From NCBI GenBank assembly GCA_963717315.1, contig CAVQWA010000019.1, positions 131-64,130 on the forward strand: a stretch of 64,000 bases of DNA, in the 5' to 3' direction. The DNA comes from an uncultured Gemmatimonadales bacterium. Its GTDB lineage: Bacteria > Gemmatimonadota > Gemmatimonadetes > Gemmatimonadales > GWC2-71-9. Below, piece after piece: positions 8,494-15,586 of the stretch; the first letter of the stretch is position 1, and every line of letters starts with the position of its first letter. The notes beneath the pieces were generated by a model that did no database searches, was not told where the DNA came from, and saw nothing but the letters and a program-made list of their open reading frames with translations. The position numbers and the translations under genes were made by a program.

Positions 8494-9044
8494 CGGCGAT
8501 CGGGGTCCAGGGCCGCCACGGGCGGAGCGTCCGCGTCCGGCAGCGCGGAGAGGAAGAATGCGGCGAGCTCGGCGCGACCGGCCACGCCCGCCTTGCGATA
8601 CACGGCCACCGCGTGCTGGCGGACGGTGCGCTCGCTCCGCCCGTCCTGTTCGGCGATGGCCCGGTGGCTGAGCCCCCGCAGGAGGCCGCGCGCGGTGGCC
8701 CGCTCGGCACCGGTGAGCTCCCAGGCCGCGAACTGGGCCTCGAGCGCTGCCGAGAGGCCGGCGAGCGCCCGCGCCGCCTCGGCCCGCCAGTGCGCCTGGT
8801 CGACCCGGTGGCGTTCCGCCTCCGCCCCGAGCCGCCGGACCTCACCCGCCGCGCGACGCCACCCTCGCGCCAGCCAGACTGCCGAGCCGAGGGCGAGGGC
8901 GACCAGCACGAGCTCGAGCGCGATGTGCGGCGTGGCACCCTGTTGCCGCAGGTCGAGCAGGATGTCCGCCGTGCCCAGCACCACGACCGCCGCGAAGACG
9001 GCGGCGAGGGCCAGGCGCATGTTCGGCGTTTCTTCGTCGGTCAT
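8490..9044 (-). CDS. Membrane-anchored LuxR/FixJ-type HTH transcriptional regulator
   Basis: C-terminal 184 aa of track ORF 8490..10361, starting at ATG 9042-9044 (MTDEETPNMRLALAAVFAAVVVLG). Two predicted TM helices, then ELTGAERATARGLLRGLSHRAIAEQDGRSERTVRQHAVAVYRKAGV. ATGA overlap with the ALDH start. Confidence 0.8.
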   Translation of the reverse strand: MTDEETPNMRLALAAVFAAVVVLGTADILLDLRQQGATPHIALELVLVALALGSAVWLARGWRRAAGEVRRLGAEAERHRVDQAHWRAEAARALAGLSAALEAQFAAWELTGAERATARGLLRGLSHRAIAEQDGRSERTVRQHAVAVYRKAGVAGRAELAAFFLSALPDADAPPVAALDPDRR

Positions 9045-9188
9045 GTCGACCCGGGGTGTCCGGCAAGTGCCCGATGCCGGCGCGGCGCGGCCCGGCCCCG
9101 GGGTCGTCCGGCATCCGCCCGATTGTGCGCCGCGAGGGGGTAGCCGAACTTGGAGACGCTGGCACAACTCAACCTTGAGGATATACCG

Positions 9189-9698
9189 ATGCTGCCCGAT
9201 CCGCTTCATCCGGCCGTGGTCCACTTCCCTGTCGTGCTCGCGACGATGCTCCCGCTCGTGGCCCTCCTCGGCTTCCTGGCCGTCAGCCGGGGCACCGCGC
9301 CGCGGAAGGCGTGGGCCTACGTCACACTCACCGCCTTCCTGCTCTTCGCCGCATCCTTCACGGCCGTGCGCACCGGCGGGAACGAGGAGGACCGGGTGGA
9401 GGATGTCGTGGCGCGCGACCCGCTCCACGAGCACGAGGAGGCCGGGGAGCGGCTCCAGCTCCTGTCGGGGATCGGCTTCCTGATCTTCGCCGCCGGGCTC
9501 TCCGGCGGGGCAGTCGGGCGCGTCGCCCGGCCGGTGGCGCTGCTCGCGAGCCTCGCCATCGCGGGCCAGGCCTACCTGACTGGCAAGGAAGGCGGGGAAC
9601 TGGTGTACGAGCACGGGGCGGCGTCGGCGTACGTGGACAGCACCCGCGCGACCGTGCCCGCGGCGGCATCGGGGGAGCGGCGGGAAGACGACGACTAG
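9189..9698 (+). CDS. DUF2231-like integral membrane protein
   Basis: Track ORF 9150..9698. ATG 9189 is preferred because GAGGA lies about 9 nt upstream. MLPDPLHPAVVHFPVVL is the DUF2231 N-terminal signature. Four hydrophobic segments. Confidence 0.75.
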   Translation: MLPDPLHPAVVHFPVVLATMLPLVALLGFLAVSRGTAPRKAWAYVTLTAFLLFAASFTAVRTGGNEEDRVEDVVARDPLHEHEEAGERLQLLSGIGFLIFAAGLSGGAVGRVARPVALLASLAIAGQAYLTGKEGGELVYEHGAASAYVDSTRATVPAAASGERREDDD

Positions 9699-10459
9699 CC
9701 GACCCGGCCGGCGAGCAGCGTGAGGGGCCAGCGGACGGCGCGCACCGCGTCGGGCTGGCCCCAGTGCGGGGCGAGTGCCCTTCCCAGCGCAGGTACCGGA
9801 TCGTCGTCCCGCGCGTCGAGGTATCTCCGCGTCCCTGACCAGGTCCCGACATATCCCAGCATCCCCGGCAGCGTGAAGCCGGCCTCGATCGCGAAGTCCG
9901 GCGCGGGAACCGGCTCGAACGGGAACGGCAGGGCGGCGTACCCCGTCTCGACGTGGCGGCGCTCCGGCAGCCAGTACGGGCCCACCGTCTCCCGGTAGAA
10001 CCGCTGCATCACGCGGTCCACGGCAGGCGCCACCTCGGGCGAGCCGTAGGTCCAGGCGACGATCACCGCTTCGCGGCCCGCCACGCGCCGCACCTCGGCG
10101 TAGAACGACTCGAGGTGGAACCAGTGGAGGGCCTGGGCCACGGTCACGAGGTCCACCGAGCCGGCCGCGAGGCCGCTCGCGTGCGCGGGGGCGAGTCGAT
10201 ACTCGATCCGTGGGTGGGGCTCGGCGGCGGAGAGCTGCGTGGCGCTCACGTCGGTGGCCACCACTCCCGCAAAGTGCGGTGCGAGCCCCGTGGCGGCCTG
10301 GCCGGTCCCGGTCCCGCAGTCCCAGGCGAGGTCGCGCCGGGGCACCAATCCCGCGATCCAACCGAAGAGCGCCGCCGGGTAGCGCGGACGGAAGGCGGCG
10401 TACCCCCGGGGATCGCGGGAGAAGTGTTCGCGGATCGGCAGGCCGCCTGGCGTGCTCAC
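9695..10459 (-). CDS. Class I SAM-dependent methyltransferase
   Basis: C-terminal 254 aa of track ORF 9695..10684. GTG 10457-10459 forms a GTGA overlap with the RidA stop. Motif I is LAWDCGTGTGQAA. VDLVTVAQALHWF is typical of the Methyltransf_11 type. Confidence 0.85.
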   Translation of the reverse strand: MSTPGGLPIREHFSRDPRGYAAFRPRYPAALFGWIAGLVPRRDLAWDCGTGTGQAATGLAPHFAGVVATDVSATQLSAAEPHPRIEYRLAPAHASGLAAGSVDLVTVAQALHWFHLESFYAEVRRVAGREAVIVAWTYGSPEVAPAVDRVMQRFYRETVGPYWLPERRHVETGYAALPFPFEPVPAPDFAIEAGFTLPGMLGYVGTWSGTRRYLDARDDDPVPALGRALAPHWGQPDAVRAVRWPLTLLAGRVG

Positions 10460-10848
10460 GACTCGAGAATGGCCTCGGCCTCGATCTCGACCAGGATGGA
10501 GGGGTCGATGAAGCCGGACACCTCCACCATCGTGGTCACCGGACGGATGGTGGCGAAGAACTCCCCGTGCGCCTTGCCGATGGCCTCCCACCGCGAGATG
10601 TCCTTCACGAACATCCGGGTGCGGACCACGTCCTCGAGCCGGCCGCCGAGCGCCTCGAGGGTGGTGCGGCAGTTCCGGATGCATTGGCGGGTCTGCTCGC
10701 CGGGGTCGCCCGGCGCGACGATGCGGCCGTCCGGGCCGGTCGGCGCGGTCCCGGAGCAGTGGATCACGTTGCCCACCCGGACGCCGCGGCTGTACCCGAC
10801 GATCGGCTCCCAGGTGACGCCGGCTTCATGGCGCTCGCGCATGACCAT
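10456..10848 (-). CDS. RidA/YjgF/L-PSP family reactive-intermediate deaminase-like protein
   Basis: 130 aa. GNVIHCSGTAP...TRMFVKDISRWEAIGKAHGEFF...TMVEVSGFIDPSILVEIEAEA matches the RidA family pattern. Confidence 0.88.
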   Translation of the reverse strand: MVMRERHEAGVTWEPIVGYSRGVRVGNVIHCSGTAPTGPDGRIVAPGDPGEQTRQCIRNCRTTLEALGGRLEDVVRTRMFVKDISRWEAIGKAHGEFFATIRPVTTMVEVSGFIDPSILVEIEAEAILES

Positions 10849-10997
10849 CCTCCTCGTGGGACCGGGACGATTGCCAGCTCCCGCATCCGGACCGGACCCG
10901 CGCCGACGATCTCATCCGGGGCCACCTCCATCATCGCGAAGCTCCGATCGTCGAGCAGCCACTGCCCGTCCCGGCGCGGGGAGTTGTCCGCCCGTGG

Positions 10998-11642
10998 TCA
11001 GGGCACGTCGTGCGCGTGCGTGCCGGCGCCTTTCGCGATCATCAGGTGATGCGCGGCGTGGTGCGCACCCCGGGTCATCAGGCCGATGAAGCCGAGTCCG
11101 CGGATGCGGGTGACCCCGGCGGCGTCCGCGGTGTCGCGGGCGACGACCGTCAACCGCATGCCGCCGGGAACCGGCGCCGCGGTGGCACGCCATCCTCCCG
11201 GTTGTTCCAGCACCGGGGCGTGCGCGCCGACCATCCGACGGATCGCCGCGGCCACCGGGGGCGTGCCGGTGACCTCCAGGATCAGTCCACCGGGCGTCCG
11301 CGTCGAGCGAACCCGGGCGCGCAGCGTGACGTCATCCATGTCAATGAGATGCTGACGAAGCGCCTCGAGGTCGACCCGCGACCAGTCCGTGGTGCTGTCG
11401 GCTTCGAGCAGGTTCACGATTTCGGTGACGGCCGCAAAGGCCGCCTGCCCGGCCTGCGTCGGCTGCGCCGCCGGACCCTCGTGCCGCATGCCGGTGGTGT
11501 GCTGCATTCCCGGGGCGTGTTGCGTGCCGGCCGGCGGCGCCTGCTGCGCGTCGAGCCGGGAGACCCCGGCCCCGAGCACCAGGGCGGCGAGCAGAATCGT
11601 ACGGCGCAAGGGAGCATCCTCCAGGGGAGAGGCCTGAATCAT
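10998..11642 (-). CDS. Secreted Met/His-rich protein, function unknown (possible metal binding)
   Basis: Track ORF 10998..11663. ATG 11640-11642 is preferred. Signal peptide LLAALVLGAGVSRLDAQ. N-terminal HAPGMQHTTGMRHEG and C-terminal GAHHAAHHLMIAKGAGTHAHDVP. Confidence 0.65.
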   Translation of the reverse strand: MIQASPLEDAPLRRTILLAALVLGAGVSRLDAQQAPPAGTQHAPGMQHTTGMRHEGPAAQPTQAGQAAFAAVTEIVNLLEADSTTDWSRVDLEALRQHLIDMDDVTLRARVRSTRTPGGLILEVTGTPPVAAAIRRMVGAHAPVLEQPGGWRATAAPVPGGMRLTVVARDTADAAGVTRIRGLGFIGLMTRGAHHAAHHLMIAKGAGTHAHDVP

Positions 11643-11732
11643 ACCCCCGGTGAACGGGGCCAAGCCGAACAGGGCCCCCGACTCCTCGGGGGCCCTGCGG
11701 TCATCACCTGAGGATGCTGTCGCCCTGAAAAG

Positions 11733-11805
11733 TGCCCCGACCAGGACTCGAACCTGGAACCTGCTGATTAAGAGTCAGTTGCTCTACCAATTGAGCTATC
11801 GAGGC
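11733..11805 (-). tRNA. tRNA-Lys (anticodon CTT)
   Basis: Manual cloverleaf: GCCTCGA-TA-GCTC..GAGC-A-ACTGA-CTCTTAA-TCAGC-AGGTT-CCAGG-TTCGAGT-CCTGG-TCGGGGC-A, 73 nt. No encoded CCA. Confidence 0.85.
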
Positions 11806-11834
11806 GCTGCCCCGCACCGCGGGACTCAATCCAG

Positions 11835-11906
11835 TAGCCCCAACGGGAATCGAACCCGTCTCTCGACCTTGAAAGGGTCGCGTCCTAGCCGATAGACGAT
11901 GGGGCC
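11835..11906 (-). tRNA. tRNA-Glu (anticodon TTC)
   Basis: GGCCCCA-TC-GTCT..GGAC-G-CGACC-CTTTCAA-GGTCG-AGAG-ACGGG-TTCGATT-CCCGT-TGGGGCT-A. G1.U72 wobble, A73, no encoded CCA. Confidence 0.85.
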
Positions 11907-11928
11907 GATGGTCCCGTCGGGACGTCGA

Positions 11929-12001
11929 TAGCGCTAACGGGATTCGAACCCGTGTTCCAGCCTTGAGAGGGCTGTGTCCTAGGCCCCTAGACGATAGCGC
12001 C
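11929..12001 (-). tRNA. tRNA-Glu (anticodon CTC)
   Basis: GGCGCTA-TC-GTCT..GGAC-A-CAGCC-CTCTCAA-GGCTG-GAAC-ACGGG-TTCGAAT-CCCGT-TAGCGCT-A. G1.U72 wobble, A73, no encoded CCA. Confidence 0.85.
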
Positions 12002-12036
12002 GCGCTGCGCGGGCCGGCGGCCCACGAAGGGCCGCA

Positions 12037-12065
12037 AATATGGCCCGGGCCTGCGCGGTGGTCAA
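12037..12065 (-). promoter_or_regulatory. Candidate sigma70-type internal promoter for the Glu-Glu-Lys tRNA genes
   Basis: On the minus strand: TTGACC (12065-12060), 17-nt spacer, CATATT (12042-12037), about 30 nt upstream of tRNA-Glu(CTC). One of the few AT-rich hexamers in this spacer. Confidence 0.35.
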
Positions 12066-12096
12066 TCCCTTGAGGGACTCCCTGTTGCGCGGCCAG

Positions 12097-12169
12097 CAGG
12101 CCCGGCAGGAATCGAACCTGCAACCCCCGGTTTTGGAGACCGGTGCTCTACCAATTGAGCTACGGACCT
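12097..12169 (-). tRNA. tRNA-Trp (anticodon CCA)
   Basis: AGGTCCG-TA-GCTC..GAGC-A-CCGGT-CTCCAAA-ACCGG-GGGTT-GCAGG-TTCGATT-CCTGC-CGGGCCT-G, 73 nt. No encoded CCA. Confidence 0.85.
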
Positions 12170-12173
12170 TCGT

Positions 12174-12248
12174 GAGTCGCGAGTCACGAGCTGCGAGTCG
12201 AGAGCATTGCGCCGGGACGCCGTGCCGAGGACTCGTGACTCGCGACTC
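12174..12248. repeat. Perfect 17-bp inverted repeat built from GAGTCGC-type heptamers, in the tRNA-His/tRNA-Trp spacer
   Basis: GAGTCGCGAGTCACGAG (12174-12190) and CTCGTGACTCGCGACTC (12232-12248) are exact reverse complements with a 41-nt loop. The same heptamer family occurs at 48269-48433. Confidence 0.85.
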
Positions 12249-12261
12249 GCGACCGCTTCAG

Positions 12262-12336
12262 GGTGGCTGACGGGACTTGAACCCGCAACCTCCGGAGCCA
12301 CAGTCCGGCGCTCTAACCGATTGAGCTACAACCACC
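12262..12336 (-). tRNA. tRNA-His (anticodon GTG) with encoded G-1
   Basis: G(-1)-GTGGTTG-TA-GCTC..GAGC-G-CCGGA-CTGTGGC-TCCGG-AGGTT-GCGGG-TTCAAGT-CCCGT-CAGCCAC-C. The extra 5' G opposite C73 is the His identity feature. Confidence 0.85.
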
Positions 12337-12370
12337 ATGGCGGGGGCCCGAGGCCCCCACGGGGGAGGGA

Positions 12371-12399
12371 AAACTAGGCCCCGGAGAGGGCAGAATCAA
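12371..12399 (-). promoter_or_regulatory. Candidate promoter for the tRNA cluster
   Basis: On the minus strand: TTGATT (12399-12394), 17 nt, TAGTTT (12376-12371), about 34 nt upstream of tRNA-His. The -35 overlaps the stop codon of the upstream gene. Confidence 0.3.
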
Positions 12400-13061
12400 G
12401 GCCAGAAAGCCGCCGCCAGGGCCGCGGAACGCGGGTCCGAGGGCAGCGACACGCCATCCAGCTCCGCCACCGCCACCACGCCGCGCGCCGCGTTCGCCAC
12501 GAAGAGCGATCGCCCGTGCAGCCCCACCGGGAGGATCTCCCGCTCGGCCAGTCCCCCGACGAGCACGCCGAGCCGCGCCCGCGCCACCCCCGGAAGCACG
12601 CCCAGGCCGAGCGCCGGCGTCGCGAGGCGCGGGCCGTCCCACCAGAACAGGGTCCAGATCGTCGCCTCGGCCACCCGCCCCGCGCCGGTCAGCAGGAGGG
12701 CGTCGTCCGCGCCACACGACCGGGCAGCCGACCTGGCCGCGTCGAAGACCGCCCGCGCCGTGATCTTGTGCGAGTAGCCCGGGTGGACCTCTCCGGCGGT
12801 GACCAGCCGAACCGGGCGCGTGGCCCCGACTGCCCGGTCGCTCGCGCTGACCCCGGCCGCCCCGGTTTCGAGCCGCACCACCCGGTCCGGTCCGGAGGGC
12901 GGCCCGACCCGGCGCGGGAGGGGAATCCCGAGTTCCGCAGCGGAGCGGCGCAACCGCGACAGGTGGAGTGACCAGAGCGGCGCGGTCCCACCGCGCACGC
13001 GGATGGTCTCGAACAGGGACACTTCCAGGCGGCCCGGCGGCTCGGCGGATCGGCCGGTCAC
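12396..13061 (-). CDS. Aminotransferase class IV fold protein, aminodeoxychorismate lyase (PabC)-like
   Basis: 221 aa with GTG start 13059-13061 (GTGA overlap with the upstream stop). LFETIRV..G....L..HL.RL..SA..LG and HKITARAVFDAA...GADDALLL...G.V.E.T..LFW are typical of short class-IV/PabC proteins. Confidence 0.7.
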   Translation of the reverse strand: MTGRSAEPPGRLEVSLFETIRVRGGTAPLWSLHLSRLRRSAAELGIPLPRRVGPPSGPDRVVRLETGAAGVSASDRAVGATRPVRLVTAGEVHPGYSHKITARAVFDAARSAARSCGADDALLLTGAGRVAEATIWTLFWWDGPRLATPALGLGVLPGVARARLGVLVGGLAEREILPVGLHGRSLFVANAARGVVAVAELDGVSLPSDPRSAALAAAFWP

Positions 13062-13984
13062 TCCTCACCGCCTGCCGGGTGGACGGCGCCGGTCACGCGC
13101 ACGGCGTCGGGTTGGCCGCCGCCGCGGCTGTCGAGCCCGGTCTTGACGAGGGTGGCGCCGAGGATCGCCGCGCCGCCCAGGCTGGCCCATGCGCCGGGAC
13201 GCTCTCCGTGGACCAGCCACGACCAGACCGGGTTCAGCACGGGCTCGCAGAGCAGGAGGATCGACGCCTCGAAAGCGGGAACGTGCCGGATGCCGCGCGA
13301 GAGCAGGACGTAGGCCAGGCCGATCTGGATCACGCCGAGGTAGCCGACCGTCAGCCAGTCGGCGGACGATGCGCCGAGCACCGGCAGCGCGCGGGGGAGG
13401 GCCACCGCGAAGGCGATGAGGTTGCCCGCCACCACCGCGGCGATGGAACCGGAGCCATCGTCGGCACCGTCCGCCGTGCTGCCGAGCCACCGGAGGCCGA
13501 TGAGGGTGAAGGCCCAGGTGACGCTCGAGGCCAGCGCGAGGACGTTGCCCCTCACCGGGTCGGGCGCGGTGCGGACCGGCGGCTCGGTGCCCACGAAGAA
13601 GCAGGCGAGGCCCACGCCGATGGCGAGCATGAAGCCGAGGTCGCGGCGGCGGATCGGCTCCTTGAGCAGCAGCGGGCCGAGCAGCAGGAGATAGAGCGGC
13701 GCGGTGGACTGGAGGAAGATCGCGTTGGCGGAGGTGGTGAGCTTGTTCGCCAGGACGAAGAGCAGCAGCGTGGCGGCGTAGGCGACCCCCACCACCGGGG
13801 TGCGCCAGGTCCAGCGCCGCCGGCTCGCCGGCACGAGGAGCAGCACGGCGACGGCCGCGATCCCCGAGCGGAACCCCGCCACCTGCCAGCTGGCGAGGCT
13901 CGTGGCCTTGATGGCGGCGCCCCCGGTGGAGAAGAGCGCGGCGGCGGCGATGAGCGCGAGGCGCGCGCGGGTGGTCTGCTGCAT
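13058..13984 (-). CDS. DMT-superfamily (EamA-type) transporter
   Basis: 308 aa with about 10 hydrophobic helices. ALFSTGGAAIKAT...LLFVLANKLTTSANAIFLQSTAPLY is typical of EamA domains. Confidence 0.85.
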   Translation of the reverse strand: MQQTTRARLALIAAAALFSTGGAAIKATSLASWQVAGFRSGIAAVAVLLLVPASRRRWTWRTPVVGVAYAATLLLFVLANKLTTSANAIFLQSTAPLYLLLLGPLLLKEPIRRRDLGFMLAIGVGLACFFVGTEPPVRTAPDPVRGNVLALASSVTWAFTLIGLRWLGSTADGADDGSGSIAAVVAGNLIAFAVALPRALPVLGASSADWLTVGYLGVIQIGLAYVLLSRGIRHVPAFEASILLLCEPVLNPVWSWLVHGERPGAWASLGGAAILGATLVKTGLDSRGGGQPDAVRVTGAVHPAGGEE

Positions 13985-14002
13985 GCGGGATCAATCTACT
14001 CG

Positions 14003-14082
14003 TTCACCGCGGAGGCGCGGCGGAGGCGCAGAGGGCCGCCGAGAACCACATTCACCGCAGAGGCGCAGGGGACACAGAGAGC
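14003..14082 (+). repeat. REP/BIME-like repeat units
   Basis: TTCACCGCGGAGGCGCGGCGGAGGCGCAGAGGGCCGCCGAGAACCACA followed by TTCACCGCAGAGGCGCAGGGGACACAGAGAGC. Same family as 345-450. Confidence 0.85.
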
Positions 14083-14198
14083 CGCACGAATCATCTGGCC
14101 ACGTCGTTGGCAATTCCGTGGGCCTCACCTCACCCCGACATCCGTGGGGCGGGGTTGGGGAACGAGATCCCGCTGCGGTGCGGCCGGCGAGGTCGGCA

Positions 14199-14272
14199 GT
14201 CCTCTGCGTCCCCTGCGCCTCTGCGGTGACCCCTCCGCGGCCCTCCGCGGCGCTCCGCGCCCCCGCGGTGAG
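14199..14272 (-). repeat. REP/BIME-like repeat units, inverted
   Basis: CCTCTGCGTCCCCTGCGCCTCTGCGGTGACCCCTCCGCGGCCCTCCGCGGCGCTCCGCGCCCCCGCGGTGAG. It ends exactly at the permease stop codon (14273-14275). Confidence 0.85.
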
Positions 14273-15586
14273 TCAGGAGCGCCGCGGCCGGAAGAGGAAG
14301 TAGAACGGCACCCCCGCCAGGATGAGCCCGGTGCCGATGGCCGCGTCGCGGGGAGCGTCGTGGACCGTCTGCAGGACGAGCCAGGCGCAGAAGCCAAGGA
14401 AGACCACCGGCGTCACCGGGTAGCCCCAGACGCGGTACGGGCGCGCCACCCCGGGTCGGGAGCGCCGGAGCACCAGCACCGCGGCCGCGCCCAGGCCGTA
14501 GAAGATGAACGAGCCGTACACCATCCACTGGGTGAGCTGCACGTAGCTGCCGGTGAAGGAAAGCGCCACCGCCCAGACGCCCTGCACCACGAGGGCGGCC
14601 ACCGGCGCGCCGCGCTTGCCGAGCCGGCCGATGACCGTCGGGAGACGGCCCTCCCGGGCCAGGGCGAACGGCACCCGGGCCGCCGAGAGCAGGTTGCCGT
14701 TGAGCGCGCCGAGGGTGGAGACCACGATGACGCAGGCGGTGAGCCGCTCCGCGCCCGGCCCGGCCACGCGGGAAAGCATCTCGCTCGCCACCAGGGGCGA
14801 ACCCGACACCCCGGCGGGGCCGAGCACCCAGAGGTACGCGAGGTTGACCGCCACGTAGAGCAGCACCACGCTGCCCGTCCCCCAGAGCACCGCGCGGGGG
14901 AGGGTCCTGCCGGGGTCTCGTACCTCGCCGCCGACGAGGGAAACGTTGATCCAGCCGTCGCAGGCGAAGAGCGCCCCGAGGAAGGCCACCGCCACCGGGG
15001 CGGCGAATCCGCCCTCGGGAGGCGCGAGCCAGACGGGGTGCAGGTTCGTCGCGCCGCCCCCCGACAGCAGGAACGCCGCCCCGATCAGGCCGACCATCAG
15101 GAGCACCTTGAGACCGGTGAGCACGTTCTGCGCGGTGGCGCCCTCCCGCACCCCGATCGCGTTGAGGAGCGTGAATCCGGCGATCGCGCCGATCCCCACC
15201 CCCGTCCGCACGCCCGCCCCCATCGGGACCAGCACGCCAAGGTACTCGGCGAACACCATCGCGATGGCCGCGAAGCCGACCGTGTTGATGAGGGCGAAGG
15301 CGCTCCATCCGTAGAGGAACCCCCAGAAGGAGCCGAAGGCCTCCCGCAGGTACGCAGTGAGCCCACCCTGTTCGGGAAGCATGGTGCCCAGCTCGGCCAG
15401 GCAGAGGGCGCCCAGCACCGAAACCACGCCCGCGGCGAGCCAGATGGCGATCAGGGGTCCCGTGGCCGGGAGGGCCGCCGCCATCGTCGCGGGGAGAAAG
15501 AAGATGCCGGACCCGATGATGGACCCGGCACAGAGGGCGGTGGTATCGAGCAGTCCGAGCTGGCGCCGGACTTCGCCGCCGCTCAC
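14273..15586 (-). CDS. APC-superfamily amino acid/polyamine permease
   Basis: C-terminal 437 aa of read-through track ORF 14273..16837. GTG 15584-15586 (GTGA overlap with the Rieske stop). LLDTTALCAGSIIGSGIFFLP...LCLAELGTMLPEQGG and about 12 TM helices. Confidence 0.88.
   Translation of the reverse strand: MSGGEVRRQLGLLDTTALCAGSIIGSGIFFLPATMAAALPATGPLIAIWLAAGVVSVLGALCLAELGTMLPEQGGLTAYLREAFGSFWGFLYGWSAFALINTVGFAAIAMVFAEYLGVLVPMGAGVRTGVGIGAIAGFTLLNAIGVREGATAQNVLTGLKVLLMVGLIGAAFLLSGGGATNLHPVWLAPPEGGFAAPVAVAFLGALFACDGWINVSLVGGEVRDPGRTLPRAVLWGTGSVVLLYVAVNLAYLWVLGPAGVSGSPLVASEMLSRVAGPGAERLTACVIVVSTLGALNGNLLSAARVPFALAREGRLPTVIGRLGKRGAPVAALVVQGVWAVALSFTGSYVQLTQWMVYGSFIFYGLGAAAVLVLRRSRPGVARPYRVWGYPVTPVVFLGFCAWLVLQTVHDAPRDAAIGTGLILAGVPFYFLFRPRRS

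Noticed and set aside
9150-9188. ATG 9150 as the start of the DUF2231 gene; likewise the long N-terminal extensions of many track ORFs (for example 696..2492, 8490..10361, 14273..16837, 15583..18012, 61057..63825).
   Set aside because: The extensions are Arg/Pro/Gly-rich, overlap the upstream gene, and precede an internal start that is followed by a signal peptide or a conserved N-terminus, often with an SD-like GGAGG or a 4-nt overlap.
11700-12400. tRNA cluster considered as an integration site for a genomic island or prophage.
   Set aside because: There is no integrase, no direct repeat of a tRNA 3' end, and no phage or transposase genes on either side. The flanking genes look like ordinary metabolism and transport genes.
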